DNA of 64,000 nucleotides from the NCBI GenBank assembly GCA_036008805.1, contig DASYMZ010000193.1, positions 22,887 through 86,886 on the forward strand. The letters run 5' to 3'. Below are positions 37,747 to 46,388 of the stretch, in pieces (position 1 is the stretch's first letter; each line of letters opens with the position of its first letter). This DNA comes from Gemmatimonadaceae bacterium (GTDB lineage: Bacteria > Gemmatimonadota > Gemmatimonadetes > Gemmatimonadales > Gemmatimonadaceae). A program made the position numbers and the translations under genes. The notes under the pieces are model-generated. The model was given only the letters and a program-made list of their open reading frames with translations, did not search any database and was not told the DNA's origin.

Positions 37747-38391
37747 TCAGCGTCGCGGCGCGCCCACGCGCGCCGCGAGCGTGCGGCGCACGTCGGCCAG
37801 CGATCCGCCGGCCGAGTGGAGTGCGACCAGCGCGTGGAAGACGAGATCCGCGCACTCCTCGATGGCGCGCGGAGCGTCGCCATCGGCGGCCGCCGTCACG
37901 AGCTCGGCGCTCTCCTCACCGATCTTCTTGAGCCGCAGGTTCCGGTCGTCGAGGAGCCGGCGCGTGTAGCTCGGCTTCCCGGCGGCGTCCGCGGATCGGG
38001 ACACACCGGCGGTTGCTGCTCGTTCATCGATCGTCGCATCGAGTACGCCCAGTGCGTCGGCGGCGAGCGCCCGCTCGCCGAAGCACGAGCGTGAGCCCGT
38101 GTGACAGGCGGGCCCCTCGGACCGCACGCGCGCGAGCACGGCGTCCCCGTCGCAGTCGGCGTCGAGCGACAGCACCTGCTGCACGTTGCCGCTCGTGGCT
38201 CCCTTGTGCCAGAGACCGCGCGTGCGCGACCGATAGTGCATCTCCCCGGTCTCGATCGTGCGCTCGAGCGCCTCGCGATCGGCGAAGGCGACCATGAGCA
38301 CCGCGCCGCTCTCCGCGTCCTGGGTGACGACGGTCACCAGGCCGCCGCCCTTGGTGAAGTCGAGCCGATCGAGATCGAGCATGGCAGTCAT
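37747..38391 (-). CDS. hisIE: Bifunctional phosphoribosyl-AMP cyclohydrolase / phosphoribosyl-ATP pyrophosphatase
   Basis: HisI: HYRSRTRGLWHKGATSGNVQ and DCDGDAVLARV..GPACHTGSRSCF. HisE: SYTRRLLDD...KKIGEESAELV. ATG 38391. Confidence 0.92.
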   Translation of the reverse strand: MTAMLDLDRLDFTKGGGLVTVVTQDAESGAVLMVAFADREALERTIETGEMHYRSRTRGLWHKGATSGNVQQVLSLDADCDGDAVLARVRSEGPACHTGSRSCFGERALAADALGVLDATIDERAATAGVSRSADAAGKPSYTRRLLDDRNLRLKKIGEESAELVTAAADGDAPRAIEECADLVFHALVALHSAGGSLADVRRTLAARVGAPRR

Positions 38392-39227
38392 TGAGCCGGA
38401 GATGAAGGCGACGACGTGGAGCGCGCGAGCACGACGCGAACCTGGTCCGCGAGCGCGCGGTTGGTCGCGATCGCACTGCCGCCGAATGCCGTGGCCGCGC
38501 CCGACCAATCCGTGAAGACGCCGCCGGCCTCCTCGATGATCGGCTGCAGCGCCGCGGCGTCCCACGGCGAGAGGATCGGATCGCACATCGCTTCGGCGCG
38601 GCCGGTCGCCACGAGCAGATAGCCGAAGCAATCGCCCCAGCTCCGGCTCACCGACGCGGAGTTCGACAGCTCGAGCCACCCCGCGCGACGCTCGGGCCGC
38701 TCGCGGAACCGTTCGTCGGTCGTCAGCACGGTCGCGCTGCCGAGTGCGTCGACGCTGGAAACGTGACAGCGGCTGCCGTTCCACCAGCAGCCCGCGCCAG
38801 GTGCTGCGGCGACGAGCTCCTCGACCGCGGGAAAGTACGCCGCGCCGGCGAGCACGCGCTCACCTTCACAGAGTGCCACGAGCGACCCCCAGAGCGGTGC
38901 GCCCCGCACGAACGACTTCGTCCCATCGATGGGATCGATCACCCAGCGGCGCCGAGCACCGGGACGTTCCTCCCCGAGCTCCTCGCCGAGGATGCCGTCG
39001 TCGGGAAAGTGGGCGCGCACCCACGCGCGGGCGGCTTCCTCCGCCGCGCGATCGGCCACCGTCACCGGCGAGCCGTCCGCCTTCGTCTCGACGGTCAGCC
39101 GCGATCGATAGTGACGCAGCGCGACCATGCCGGTGATGCGCGCGAGCTCCGCCGCCGGCGCGACGCGATCATCGAGCGCGAGCGCAACCGCGGGCGCACG
39201 CGTCTCTCCCGGGCGACGGATGCTCAT
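38388..39227 (-). CDS. hisN: Inositol-monophosphatase-family protein, probable histidinol-phosphatase (HisN type)
   Basis: IMPase motifs WVIDPIDGTKSFVRGAPLWGSLVAL and SPWDAAAL. Embedded in the his operon, with 4-nt overlaps to both neighbours. Confidence 0.75.
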   Translation of the reverse strand: MSIRRPGETRAPAVALALDDRVAPAAELARITGMVALRHYRSRLTVETKADGSPVTVADRAAEEAARAWVRAHFPDDGILGEELGEERPGARRRWVIDPIDGTKSFVRGAPLWGSLVALCEGERVLAGAAYFPAVEELVAAAPGAGCWWNGSRCHVSSVDALGSATVLTTDERFRERPERRAGWLELSNSASVSRSWGDCFGYLLVATGRAEAMCDPILSPWDAAALQPIIEEAGGVFTDWSGAATAFGGSAIATNRALADQVRVVLARSTSSPSSPAQ

Positions 39228-39982
39228 GCGGCTCGCACCGGCAGGCGCGCCGCGCGCATCGCGTCCTTGATCGCGCGCACGGTGGTGACTCCATCGTGCA
39301 GAATGCCGGCCAGCAGCGCGGCGTCGGCGCCCGCGCTGGCCAGCACGTCGCAGACGTGCGCGGCGGTGCCCGCGCCCCCAGAGGCAACGACCGGCACCGG
39401 AACCGCGGACGAGACGGCGCGGGTGAGGGCGAGATCGTAGCCCGTGCGTGCGCCATCGCGGTCGATGCTCGTGAGCAGGATCTCGCCGGCGCCGCGCTGC
39501 ACGCACTCGCGCGCCCACTCGACGGCGTCGAGCGGCGTCGCCTCTCTGCCCCCCTTCACGTAGACCCGCCACGTCGTGCCGTCGTGCTTGGCGTCGATGC
39601 TCGCCACGACGCACTGCGAGCCGAACCGCTCAGCCGACTCGCGCAGGATCTCCGGCCGCGACACCGCCGCGGAGTTGATGCTCACCTTGTCGGCGCCGGA
39701 GCGCAGCGCGCGCCCGACGTCGTCCGCCGAGCGGACCCCGCCGCCGATCGTGAGCGGAACGAACAGTCGCTCCGCCGTTCGTCTCGCCACGTCGAGCAGC
39801 GTGCCGCGCTCCTCCGCGCTCGCGGAGATGTCGAGAAACACGATCTCGTCCGCTCCCTCCATCTCGTAGCGCGTCGCCAGCTCGACGGGATCGCCTACGT
39901 CGCGCAGCTGAACGAACTGGGTGCCCTTCACCACTCGGCCACCCGTCACGTCCAGACAGACCACCAGTCGACGCGTGAGCAT
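39224..39982 (-). CDS. hisF: Imidazole glycerol phosphate synthase cyclase subunit
   Basis: [28 protein letters not shown] and ASGGAG are typical of HisF. Confidence 0.95.
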   Translation of the reverse strand: MLTRRLVVCLDVTGGRVVKGTQFVQLRDVGDPVELATRYEMEGADEIVFLDISASAEERGTLLDVARRTAERLFVPLTIGGGVRSADDVGRALRSGADKVSINSAAVSRPEILRESAERFGSQCVVASIDAKHDGTTWRVYVKGGREATPLDAVEWARECVQRGAGEILLTSIDRDGARTGYDLALTRAVSSAVPVPVVASGGAGTAAHVCDVLASAGADAALLAGILHDGVTTVRAIKDAMRAARLPVRAA

Positions 39983-40528
39983 CTATGACGCGCCCTCGAC
40001 CCGCAGCGCCACGCCACCCTTCGTGCTGAACACCGCACCCGAGTCGACGAACGCATCGCGCACGGCGAAGCCCAGCGCCTTGAACGCCGCTTCCACCATG
40101 TGATGGCGATCGGTGCCGCGCAGCACGCGGACGTGGAGCGTCGCCTTGGCGTTGTCGCTGAACGAGCGCATGAAGTGGTCGTACAGGGTGCTCGGCAGCG
40201 GACCGCGATAGTACGGCCGTCCGCCGAGATCGAGCGCGCACTGCACGAGCGCCTCGTCCATCGGCACCGTCCGGTCGCCGTAGCGTGCGGCCGTGGCGGG
40301 AAGCAGTCCGGCCACCGCGGCGCCCAGACAGATCGCGACATCCTCGATGAGGTGGTGCGGGAGATCGCCGCTCGCCGTGATGGTCAGGTCGAGACCACTG
40401 TACTTGGCGAACACGACGAGCATGTGGTCGAGGAAAGCCCGCCCCGTCGCAACCTGTGCGCGACCCGTGCCGCGCGTCAGCTCGCACCGGATCGTGGTCT
40501 CCTTGGTCTCACGAACGACGACGGTCAT
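39983..40528 (-). CDS. hisB: Imidazoleglycerol-phosphate dehydratase
   Basis: RETKETTIRCEL, DLPHHLIEDVAICLG and DRHHMVEAAFKALG are metal-binding motifs. ATG 40528. Confidence 0.92.
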   Translation of the reverse strand: MTVVVRETKETTIRCELTRGTGRAQVATGRAFLDHMLVVFAKYSGLDLTITASGDLPHHLIEDVAICLGAAVAGLLPATAARYGDRTVPMDEALVQCALDLGGRPYYRGPLPSTLYDHFMRSFSDNAKATLHVRVLRGTDRHHMVEAAFKALGFAVRDAFVDSGAVFSTKGGVALRVEGAS

Positions 40529-40577
40529 CGCGCACCCTGAGTGACAAACATGAGAGAGACGAGCGTGCGCTCGGCGT

Positions 40578-41291
40578 TCATTCGCCGAACTCGCCCGCGA
40601 CGACCACGGGATCCAGCGCACCGGTATAGAGCGCCATGCCGATCACCGCACCAGCGAGCCCCCGGTACTCGAGCGCACGCAGGTCCTGCATGGTCGATAC
40701 GCCACCCGAGGCGTACACCGGAAAGTTGGACGCCTCGACGACGTCTTCCATCAGCGGAAGATCGGTGCCCTGCATCTGTCCTTCCTTGTGCACCGCGGTG
40801 ACGAGCAACCCGCCGAGCGGCAGCACGTTCAGCTCCTCGACCACATCCAGGATGTCGAACGGCAGCGTGTGCTCCCACCCGCGCGTCGTCACTCGGCGCT
40901 CCCGCACGTCGCACGCGACGATCAGCTCACCCGGATGGCGATGCGCGAGCTCCGCGAGCCACTCGCGTTCCTCGAGCGCGCGTGTGCCGATGATCGCGCG
41001 CGCGGCCCCGGCGGCGAGCAGCTCCTCCACCCGGTCGCCGGTGCGCACCCCGCCACCCACCTGGACCGGGATGCCGGCGTCGGAGAGAATGTCGCGGATG
41101 ATGGAGAAGTTCGAGCCGCGGCCGGTCGCCGCGTCGAGATCGACGACGTGCAGCCGACTGAAGCCGTAGCGCTCCCAGCTCCGCGCCACCTCGAGCGGAT
41201 CATCGAGGCGCACCCGCTCCTGGCTGTATGAGCCTCCGACCAGTTGAACGCACGCCCCATCTCGCAGGTCGACTGCCGGTATCGCGATCAT
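40578..41291 (-). CDS. hisA: 1-(5-phosphoribosyl)-5-[(5-phosphoribosylamino)methylideneamino]imidazole-4-carboxamide isomerase
   Basis: MIAIPAVDLRDGACVQLVGG, LHVVDLDAA, VQVGGGVR and ASGGVS. Confidence 0.92.
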   Translation of the reverse strand: MIAIPAVDLRDGACVQLVGGSYSQERVRLDDPLEVARSWERYGFSRLHVVDLDAATGRGSNFSIIRDILSDAGIPVQVGGGVRTGDRVEELLAAGAARAIIGTRALEEREWLAELAHRHPGELIVACDVRERRVTTRGWEHTLPFDILDVVEELNVLPLGGLLVTAVHKEGQMQGTDLPLMEDVVEASNFPVYASGGVSTMQDLRALEYRGLAGAVIGMALYTGALDPVVVAGEFGE

Positions 41292-41899
41292 CGCGCTCTC
41301 TTCGTGGTCAGTGCATCGTCGAGGAAGGCGTGCAGGAAGCGCACGCCCGCGGCCGAGCTCTTCTCCGGATGGAACTGCACGCCGAGCGCCGATCCCGCGC
41401 GCACCACGGCGGGAAAACGATCGCCTTCGTGCTCGCTCCACGCGACCACGGGCGAAGCATCGGTCGGGCGACACACGAAGCTGTTCGCGTAGTACGCGAT
41501 CGGAAGCGGCGCCACGTCGAGAAGCGGATCGCGCGCGTCCACGATCGTGTTCCAGCCGATCTGCGGCACGCGCTCCGCCGCGAGCCGCGACACGCGCCCC
41601 GGGATGAGACCGAGGCCCTCCCCCTCCCCTTCGTCGCTCGCGTCGAAGAACAGCTGCATGCCGAGGCAGATCCCGATGGTCGGCAGACCGCCGGCGATCG
41701 CGTCGCGCATCGCGCCACGTCCGGGCGCGAGGCGCGCCGCCGCCGCCCCGAATGCGCCGACTCCCGGAAGCACCAGCACGTCGGTCTCGATCGCGAGCAC
41801 TGGATCGGTCTCGACGCGCACGGAAACGTTCGCCGTCTCCAGGGCCTTCCCGAGTGAGTGCAGGTTCCCTGCCCCGTAGTCGAAGATCGTCACGCGCAT
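41288..41899 (-). CDS. hisH: Imidazole glycerol phosphate synthase glutamine amidotransferase subunit
   Basis: IFDYGAGNLHS, LPGVGAFG, GICLGMQL (catalytic Cys) and VQFHPEKS. Confidence 0.93.
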   Translation of the reverse strand: MRVTIFDYGAGNLHSLGKALETANVSVRVETDPVLAIETDVLVLPGVGAFGAAAARLAPGRGAMRDAIAGGLPTIGICLGMQLFFDASDEGEGEGLGLIPGRVSRLAAERVPQIGWNTIVDARDPLLDVAPLPIAYYANSFVCRPTDASPVVAWSEHEGDRFPAVVRAGSALGVQFHPEKSSAAGVRFLHAFLDDALTTKRAR

Positions 41900-43002
41900 G
41901 CGAGTGCCTCCCGCAACGTCTGGAGCACCTGCTCCATCACGTGCCATGGCCCGACGCCGATCCGCAGCGCGCAGCCCTCGGACGCGTCGAGCACTGTGAG
42001 ATCGCGAGACAGTCCGCTGAAGGCGCGCACGAGCACGCCGCGATCGCGCATGGCGAACGCCAGCGATTGCGCGCGTGCGGTGGGAACGAAGAGAAAGTTC
42101 GCGGCCGCCGGAGCGGGCTCGAGCCCGAGCGCGCGAAGCTCCGCCGACATCCGCTCCCGATTCTGGATTGCCAACGCGACGTGGCGCGACACCCAGCCCA
42201 GCGCGTCGGAGCCATCGCCCAGCGCGGCCAGCGCGGCCGACTCGGCGAGGGCGTTCACTCGGTACGGACCGCGTGCGCGGGTGACGAGGTCGACGACCAT
42301 CCGGCTCCCGACCCCGTAGCCTACGCGCAGGCCTGCCAGACCGAACGCCTTCGAGAACGTTCGCGTCACGAGCAACCGCTCGTGGGTCTCGACGAGCGAG
42401 ATGAAGCGCTCCGGCGCGAACTCGGCGTACGCCTCATCGACGATCACGAGTCCCACCGCATTGGCCGCGACGTACTCCACGGCGTCGCGTGCGATGGCGG
42501 CCGACGTCGGATTGTTCGGCGTGCAGAGATAGGTGATCTTCGCGCGACGATCGACGAGCCGCTGCGGATCCACCCCGAATCCCTCCGTCAGCGGGATCGC
42601 CACCGGCACCAGGCCGTTCAACCGGCCGAAGATCGGGATCATCGCGAAGTTGGGCGCAGCGTAGACGATCTCGTCACCCGCCTCGCCGAACGCGCGCATC
42701 GCGGCATCCAGCACATCGTCGGAGCCGCACCCCGTGACGACACCAACCTCGCTCGCGCTCGCGAGCCCGGCGTAGCGCAGCACCGCGTCTCGCAATGGCG
42801 CGGAGTAGAGCGAGGGATACCGGCTGAGGGCCGACGCCGCCTGCGCACTCGACAGTGCGCGGAGCGCCGCGGGAGGCACGCCCCACAGGTTGACGTTGTC
42901 GCTGACGTCGACGCGGCACGCCGTCACGTCCGGCGTGTACATCGGAAGCGTTCGTACCTCGTGGCGCGCCAGCTGCGTGAGCTCCATCGCTTCGGCGATC
43001 AT
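41890..43002 (-). CDS. hisC: Histidinol-phosphate aminotransferase
   Basis: Class-II aminotransferase: YLCTPNNPTS, IVDEAYAEF, and RTFSKAFGLAGLRVGY with the PLP lysine. ATG 43002 overlaps the hisD stop. Confidence 0.92.
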   Translation of the reverse strand: MIAEAMELTQLARHEVRTLPMYTPDVTACRVDVSDNVNLWGVPPAALRALSSAQAASALSRYPSLYSAPLRDAVLRYAGLASASEVGVVTGCGSDDVLDAAMRAFGEAGDEIVYAAPNFAMIPIFGRLNGLVPVAIPLTEGFGVDPQRLVDRRAKITYLCTPNNPTSAAIARDAVEYVAANAVGLVIVDEAYAEFAPERFISLVETHERLLVTRTFSKAFGLAGLRVGYGVGSRMVVDLVTRARGPYRVNALAESAALAALGDGSDALGWVSRHVALAIQNRERMSAELRALGLEPAPAAANFLFVPTARAQSLAFAMRDRGVLVRAFSGLSRDLTVLDASEGCALRIGVGPWHVMEQVLQTLREALACA

Positions 43003-44327
43003 CGCGCTGCTCCGAGGCGCCACGCGCGCGCCGCCGCCGCGTGTCCGGGCAGCTGCTCGGCATCGGCGAACACGCCGACGTCGTCGGCCAAGCGCGCCGC
43101 GGCGTCGCGCGAGAGACGCTGATACGTCGTCCAGCGGACGAAGTCGAGCGTCGACAGCCCAGAATACGAGCGTGCGAGCCCACCGGTCGGCAGCACGTGG
43201 TTCGCCCCCGTCATGTAGTCGCCGAACGCGACCGAGGCGGTTGCGCCCACGAAGACGGTTCCAGCGTTCCGCAGCGCGGCGAGTGTCTCGTCGAGCGGCT
43301 CGACGACGAGCAACAGGTGCTCTGGCGCGTACGCGTTGGCGAACGCGATTCCATCCGCCAACGTGTCCGCCCACAACACCGCGCTCTGGCCTTCCAGCGC
43401 CGCGCGGCTGATCTCCGCGCGCGCCTGCGCGGGAAGCTGACTCGCGAGCTCGGCGACCACCGCCCGCGCGAAGGGCTCGCTCACCGCAACGGCCACCACA
43501 GCGGCGAGCGGGTCGTGCTCCGCCTGGGCGAGCATCTCGCGCGCGACGAGGGCGGGGTCCGCCGAATCGTCGCAGAGCACGAGCAGCTCGCTGGGGCCGG
43601 CGGGGGAGTCGATCGCTACCGCGCTCGCCACCCGGAGCTTGGCTTCCGCGACGTAGGCATTGCCCGGCCCGACGATGCGATCGACGCGCGGCACGCTGGC
43701 GGTCCCATACGCCATGGCCGCGATCGCCCCCGCTCCACCGAGCGCGAACACGCGATCGGCGCCGGCCAGCGCCGCGGCGGCGAGCACCACCTCCGACGGA
43801 GCCCCCGTCTCGCGCGACGGCGGCGAGCACAAGATGATCTCGCCGACACCCGCCACGCGCGCCGGCACCGTTCCCATCAGGACGCTGCTCGGGTACGCGG
43901 CCCGTCCGCCGGGCGCATACACGCCCACCCGTCCGAGCGGGTCGGGACGGCGTCCCACGATCACGCCGGGCTCGCTCTCGGTCTCCTGTGCGGTCGGACG
44001 AAACGCACGATGCACGCGGTCGATGTTCTCTGCCGAGCGCTCCAGCGCGCGTCGCAGCGCCGGATCGAGCGCGTCGAGTGCCGAGGTCCAGCGCGCGCGA
44101 GGCACTTCGAGCTGCTCGAGCACGACGCCATCGAGCTCGCGCGCCAGCTCACGAAGAGCCTCGTCACCGTCGTTGCGCACTCGCGCGATGATCGCCGTGG
44201 TGCGCTCGCCGATCGCGGCGTCGCTCGAGCCCATGCGATCGAAGAGCGCGCGACGATCCGCCGCGCCGAGGGCACGGCACGCGCCAAACCACTGCAGCGC
44301 CACGGGCGCCCGATCGGCCTCGCTCAC
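42999..44327 (-). CDS. hisD: Histidinol dehydrogenase
   Basis: GVYAPGGRAAYPSSVLM, IVGPGNAYVAEAK, AGPSE, AEHD and GDYMTGANHVLPT. Confidence 0.95.
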   Translation of the reverse strand: MSEADRAPVALQWFGACRALGAADRRALFDRMGSSDAAIGERTTAIIARVRNDGDEALRELARELDGVVLEQLEVPRARWTSALDALDPALRRALERSAENIDRVHRAFRPTAQETESEPGVIVGRRPDPLGRVGVYAPGGRAAYPSSVLMGTVPARVAGVGEIILCSPPSRETGAPSEVVLAAAALAGADRVFALGGAGAIAAMAYGTASVPRVDRIVGPGNAYVAEAKLRVASAVAIDSPAGPSELLVLCDDSADPALVAREMLAQAEHDPLAAVVAVAVSEPFARAVVAELASQLPAQARAEISRAALEGQSAVLWADTLADGIAFANAYAPEHLLLVVEPLDETLAALRNAGTVFVGATASVAFGDYMTGANHVLPTGGLARSYSGLSTLDFVRWTTYQRLSRDAAARLADDVGVFADAEQLPGHAAAARAWRLGAAR

Positions 44328-45187
44328 GACATCAGCCTCTCGATGCGGGTGACGAGAATCCCCTCGGCGCCCAGCGACTTGAGATCGGCAATCGTGCGGT
44401 AGATCGTCGCGGCCGACACGACGGCGTGCACGGCGACGAACGTCCCACCGTTCATGATGTCGATGATCGTCGGTCCGTTCAGACCCGGGACCACGCGCTT
44501 CACCTCTTCGAGCCGGGCGCGCGGCACGTTGGCCATGATGTACCGCTTGCCACGCGCGGCGAGCACGCTGCCCAGGGCACCGACCAGCTCGTCCAGCGCA
44601 CGCGCTCGGTCGGCGTCGGCGCGAGTGCCTGGCGCAGCGATCAGCCGCGCCGTCGACTCGAGCACCGTGGCGATCTCACGCAGTCCGTTGACCCGCAGCG
44701 TCGATCCGGTCGAGACCAGATCCACGATCACGTCGGCAATGCCGATGTGGGGCGCGATCTCGGCCGCGCCCGACACCGGGACGACCTCCACCCGCTGGCC
44801 TCGCGCCGCGAAGAACTCCGCCGTGATGCGCGGAAACACCGTGGCGACCCTCGTACCGTCGACGAGCTGTTCGAGCGCGGTGAAGCCACTCTCTTCCTTG
44901 GCCGCCACGGCCAGGCGGCAGCGCCCGAACGTCAGGTCGGCGAGGTCGTCGAGCGCGCGGCCGGACTCCCGAATCAGATCCGCTCCGGTGACCCCGGCAT
45001 CCGCGGCTCCATCGGCGACGAACTCGGGAATGTCCTGCGCACGGACGAAGAGGGCCTGGAACTCGCCGCCGAGCGAGGCAGTGAGGGCACGCGGCCCGGC
45101 GGCGCGAATCTCGAGTCCTGCGTCAGTGAAGAGCTCACGAGCCTCCTCGGAGAGCCGGCCCTTGTTGGGAAGTGCGATACGGAGCAT
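44324..45187 (-). CDS. hisG: ATP phosphoribosyltransferase (long form)
   Basis: MLRIALPNKGRLSE, IVDLVSTGSTLRVNGL, and a C-terminal regulatory domain. 287 aa. Confidence 0.95.
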   Translation of the reverse strand: MLRIALPNKGRLSEEARELFTDAGLEIRAAGPRALTASLGGEFQALFVRAQDIPEFVADGAADAGVTGADLIRESGRALDDLADLTFGRCRLAVAAKEESGFTALEQLVDGTRVATVFPRITAEFFAARGQRVEVVPVSGAAEIAPHIGIADVIVDLVSTGSTLRVNGLREIATVLESTARLIAAPGTRADADRARALDELVGALGSVLAARGKRYIMANVPRARLEEVKRVVPGLNGPTIIDIMNGGTFVAVHAVVSAATIYRTIADLKSLGAEGILVTRIERLMS

Positions 45188-45235
45188 TGAGCGGCCTGGC
45201 GGCCTCGAGAGGGTGCGTTCAGCGTGCGACCGGCG

Positions 45236-45263
45236 AAAAAAAAGCCCGTCCAGGAGGACGGGC
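45236..45263 (-). terminator. Attenuator terminator in the hisG leader
   Basis: Minus strand: GCCCGTCC-TCCT-GGACGGGC followed by T8 (45243-45236). Lies 48 nt upstream of the hisG ATG. There is no co-directional gene upstream. Confidence 0.75.
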
Positions 45264-45304
45264 CGCGGGTCGATCGGCAGCGATGCCGGGCGGAGCGTCT
45301 CCGC

Positions 45305-45385
45305 TTACCCGTGCACGCGCCCGTCGCCTCGGCCCGTGGGACCGTGGTGATGATGCACGTGATGGTGGACGCGGGAGATCGGCAC
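45305..45385 (-). CDS. hisL: Candidate histidine-operon leader peptide (26 aa)
   Basis: GTG 45385 (AGG 9-11 nt upstream) to TAA 45307-45305 encodes (M)PISRVHHHVHHHHGPTGRGDGRVHG. Seven His occur in 8 consecutive codons (45367-45344). The start codon is uncertain. Confidence 0.6.
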   Translation of the reverse strand: MPISRVHHHVHHHHGPTGRGDGRVHG

Positions 45386-45575
45386 GAGCGGCAACCTAAC
45401 GGCGACCAGTCGCTCGGTCAACGTGGCGGCGCGTTGTCTGCAGGAGTTCGACGACGCTTCGCGACGCAGGTTGGGAGTCGAATTGCATTCGCCGAGGCTT
45501 GTGAATAAATTCACAATTGCTGCGGGGCCCCGCGGCATTCGTTCACCACGACAGGTCTACTGGAGGCCTTCAGAA

Positions 45576-46160
45576 ATGCGGTTCCACGGTATTGCGCTCC
45601 TCGCGGGCGCGGCCATCCTCGGCGCCTGCGGCGGCGAGAAGCAGCCCGCCGCCGATAGCAGCGCAGCAGCAGCCAACGCGGCAGCGCCAGCAGCGGCGAC
45701 GCCAACCACGGATTCGGCCAGCGCGGCGGCAGCCGCCGGCGCCACCACGCCCGCCGCCGGTGCGGCCACGACGCCCGCCGCGGGCGCTCCTGCCGCCGGC
45801 GCAGCCGCCCCGGCTCCGGCCACCGGCAAGACCGTCGAAGTCAAGATGATCGGCGATGCGACGGGCTATAAGTTCGATCCCGCGAACGTCACCGTGAAGC
45901 AGGGCGACGCGGTCAAGTTCGTCATGGTGTCCGGCGGACCACACAACGTCACGTTCCAGAACGTGACTGACCCGGCGGCGAAGGCGCAGCTCGATGCGAA
46001 CATGCCCGGCCCGAAGCTGGGCGAGCTCTCGGGCCCCATGGTCATGGCGCCGAACGAGGCGTACGTCATCTCGTTCGCCAAGGTGCCGGCCGGCAAGTAC
46101 GACTACATCTGCACGCCGCACGCGGCGATGAACATGAAGGGCAGCATCACGGTGCAGTAG
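45576..46160 (+). CDS. Cupredoxin (plastocyanin/pseudoazurin-like blue copper) lipoprotein
   Basis: Lipobox LLAGAAILGAC after ATG 45576 (GGAGG upstream). An Ala/Pro/Thr-rich linker. Type-1 Cu ligands GPHNV ... CTPHAAM. Confidence 0.85.
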   Translation: MRFHGIALLAGAAILGACGGEKQPAADSSAAAANAAAPAAATPTTDSASAAAAAGATTPAAGAATTPAAGAPAAGAAAPAPATGKTVEVKMIGDATGYKFDPANVTVKQGDAVKFVMVSGGPHNVTFQNVTDPAAKAQLDANMPGPKLGELSGPMVMAPNEAYVISFAKVPAGKYDYICTPHAAMNMKGSITVQ

Positions 46161-46184
46161 GACGCACCAGCGGATCGGATCATC

Positions 46185-46221
46185 GCGACGGGGCGGATGC
46201 ATCACGCATCCGCCCCGTCGC
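46185..46221 (+). terminator. Perfect 16-bp GC-rich hairpin after the cupredoxin gene (no U-tract)
   Basis: GCGACGGGGCGGATGC-ATCAC-GCATCCGCCCCGTCGC. Lies 25 nt after the stop. Confidence 0.5.
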
Positions 46222-46388
46222 ACGTCGGCGACCGTCGCGTCTCGTATCGGGGCACTGTGCACCGCGCTCGATCGGAGTGGCCCATCCCCTGCGCTGATGC
46301 GACCGCCGTCCCTGGCGTCTGACGCACGCTGGCCGGAGGCCATGACGCACGCGTTGCGTGCCAACCTCAGTGAGGCGATCATCACCGC

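Noticed and set aside
45305-45538. 77-aa ORF (MPRGPAAIV...HHHVHHHHGPT...) as a conventional protein gene
   Set aside because: Only the last ~26 codons, with the His run, make sense, and they fit a leader peptide. The long version would start inside the divergent cupredoxin promoter region and has no protein-like features.
45640-45830. GC-rich imperfect tandem repeats (possible VNTR or CRISPR-like array)
   Set aside because: They are in frame within the cupredoxin gene and encode an Ala/Pro/Thr linker. There is no spacer/repeat periodicity and there are no cas genes.
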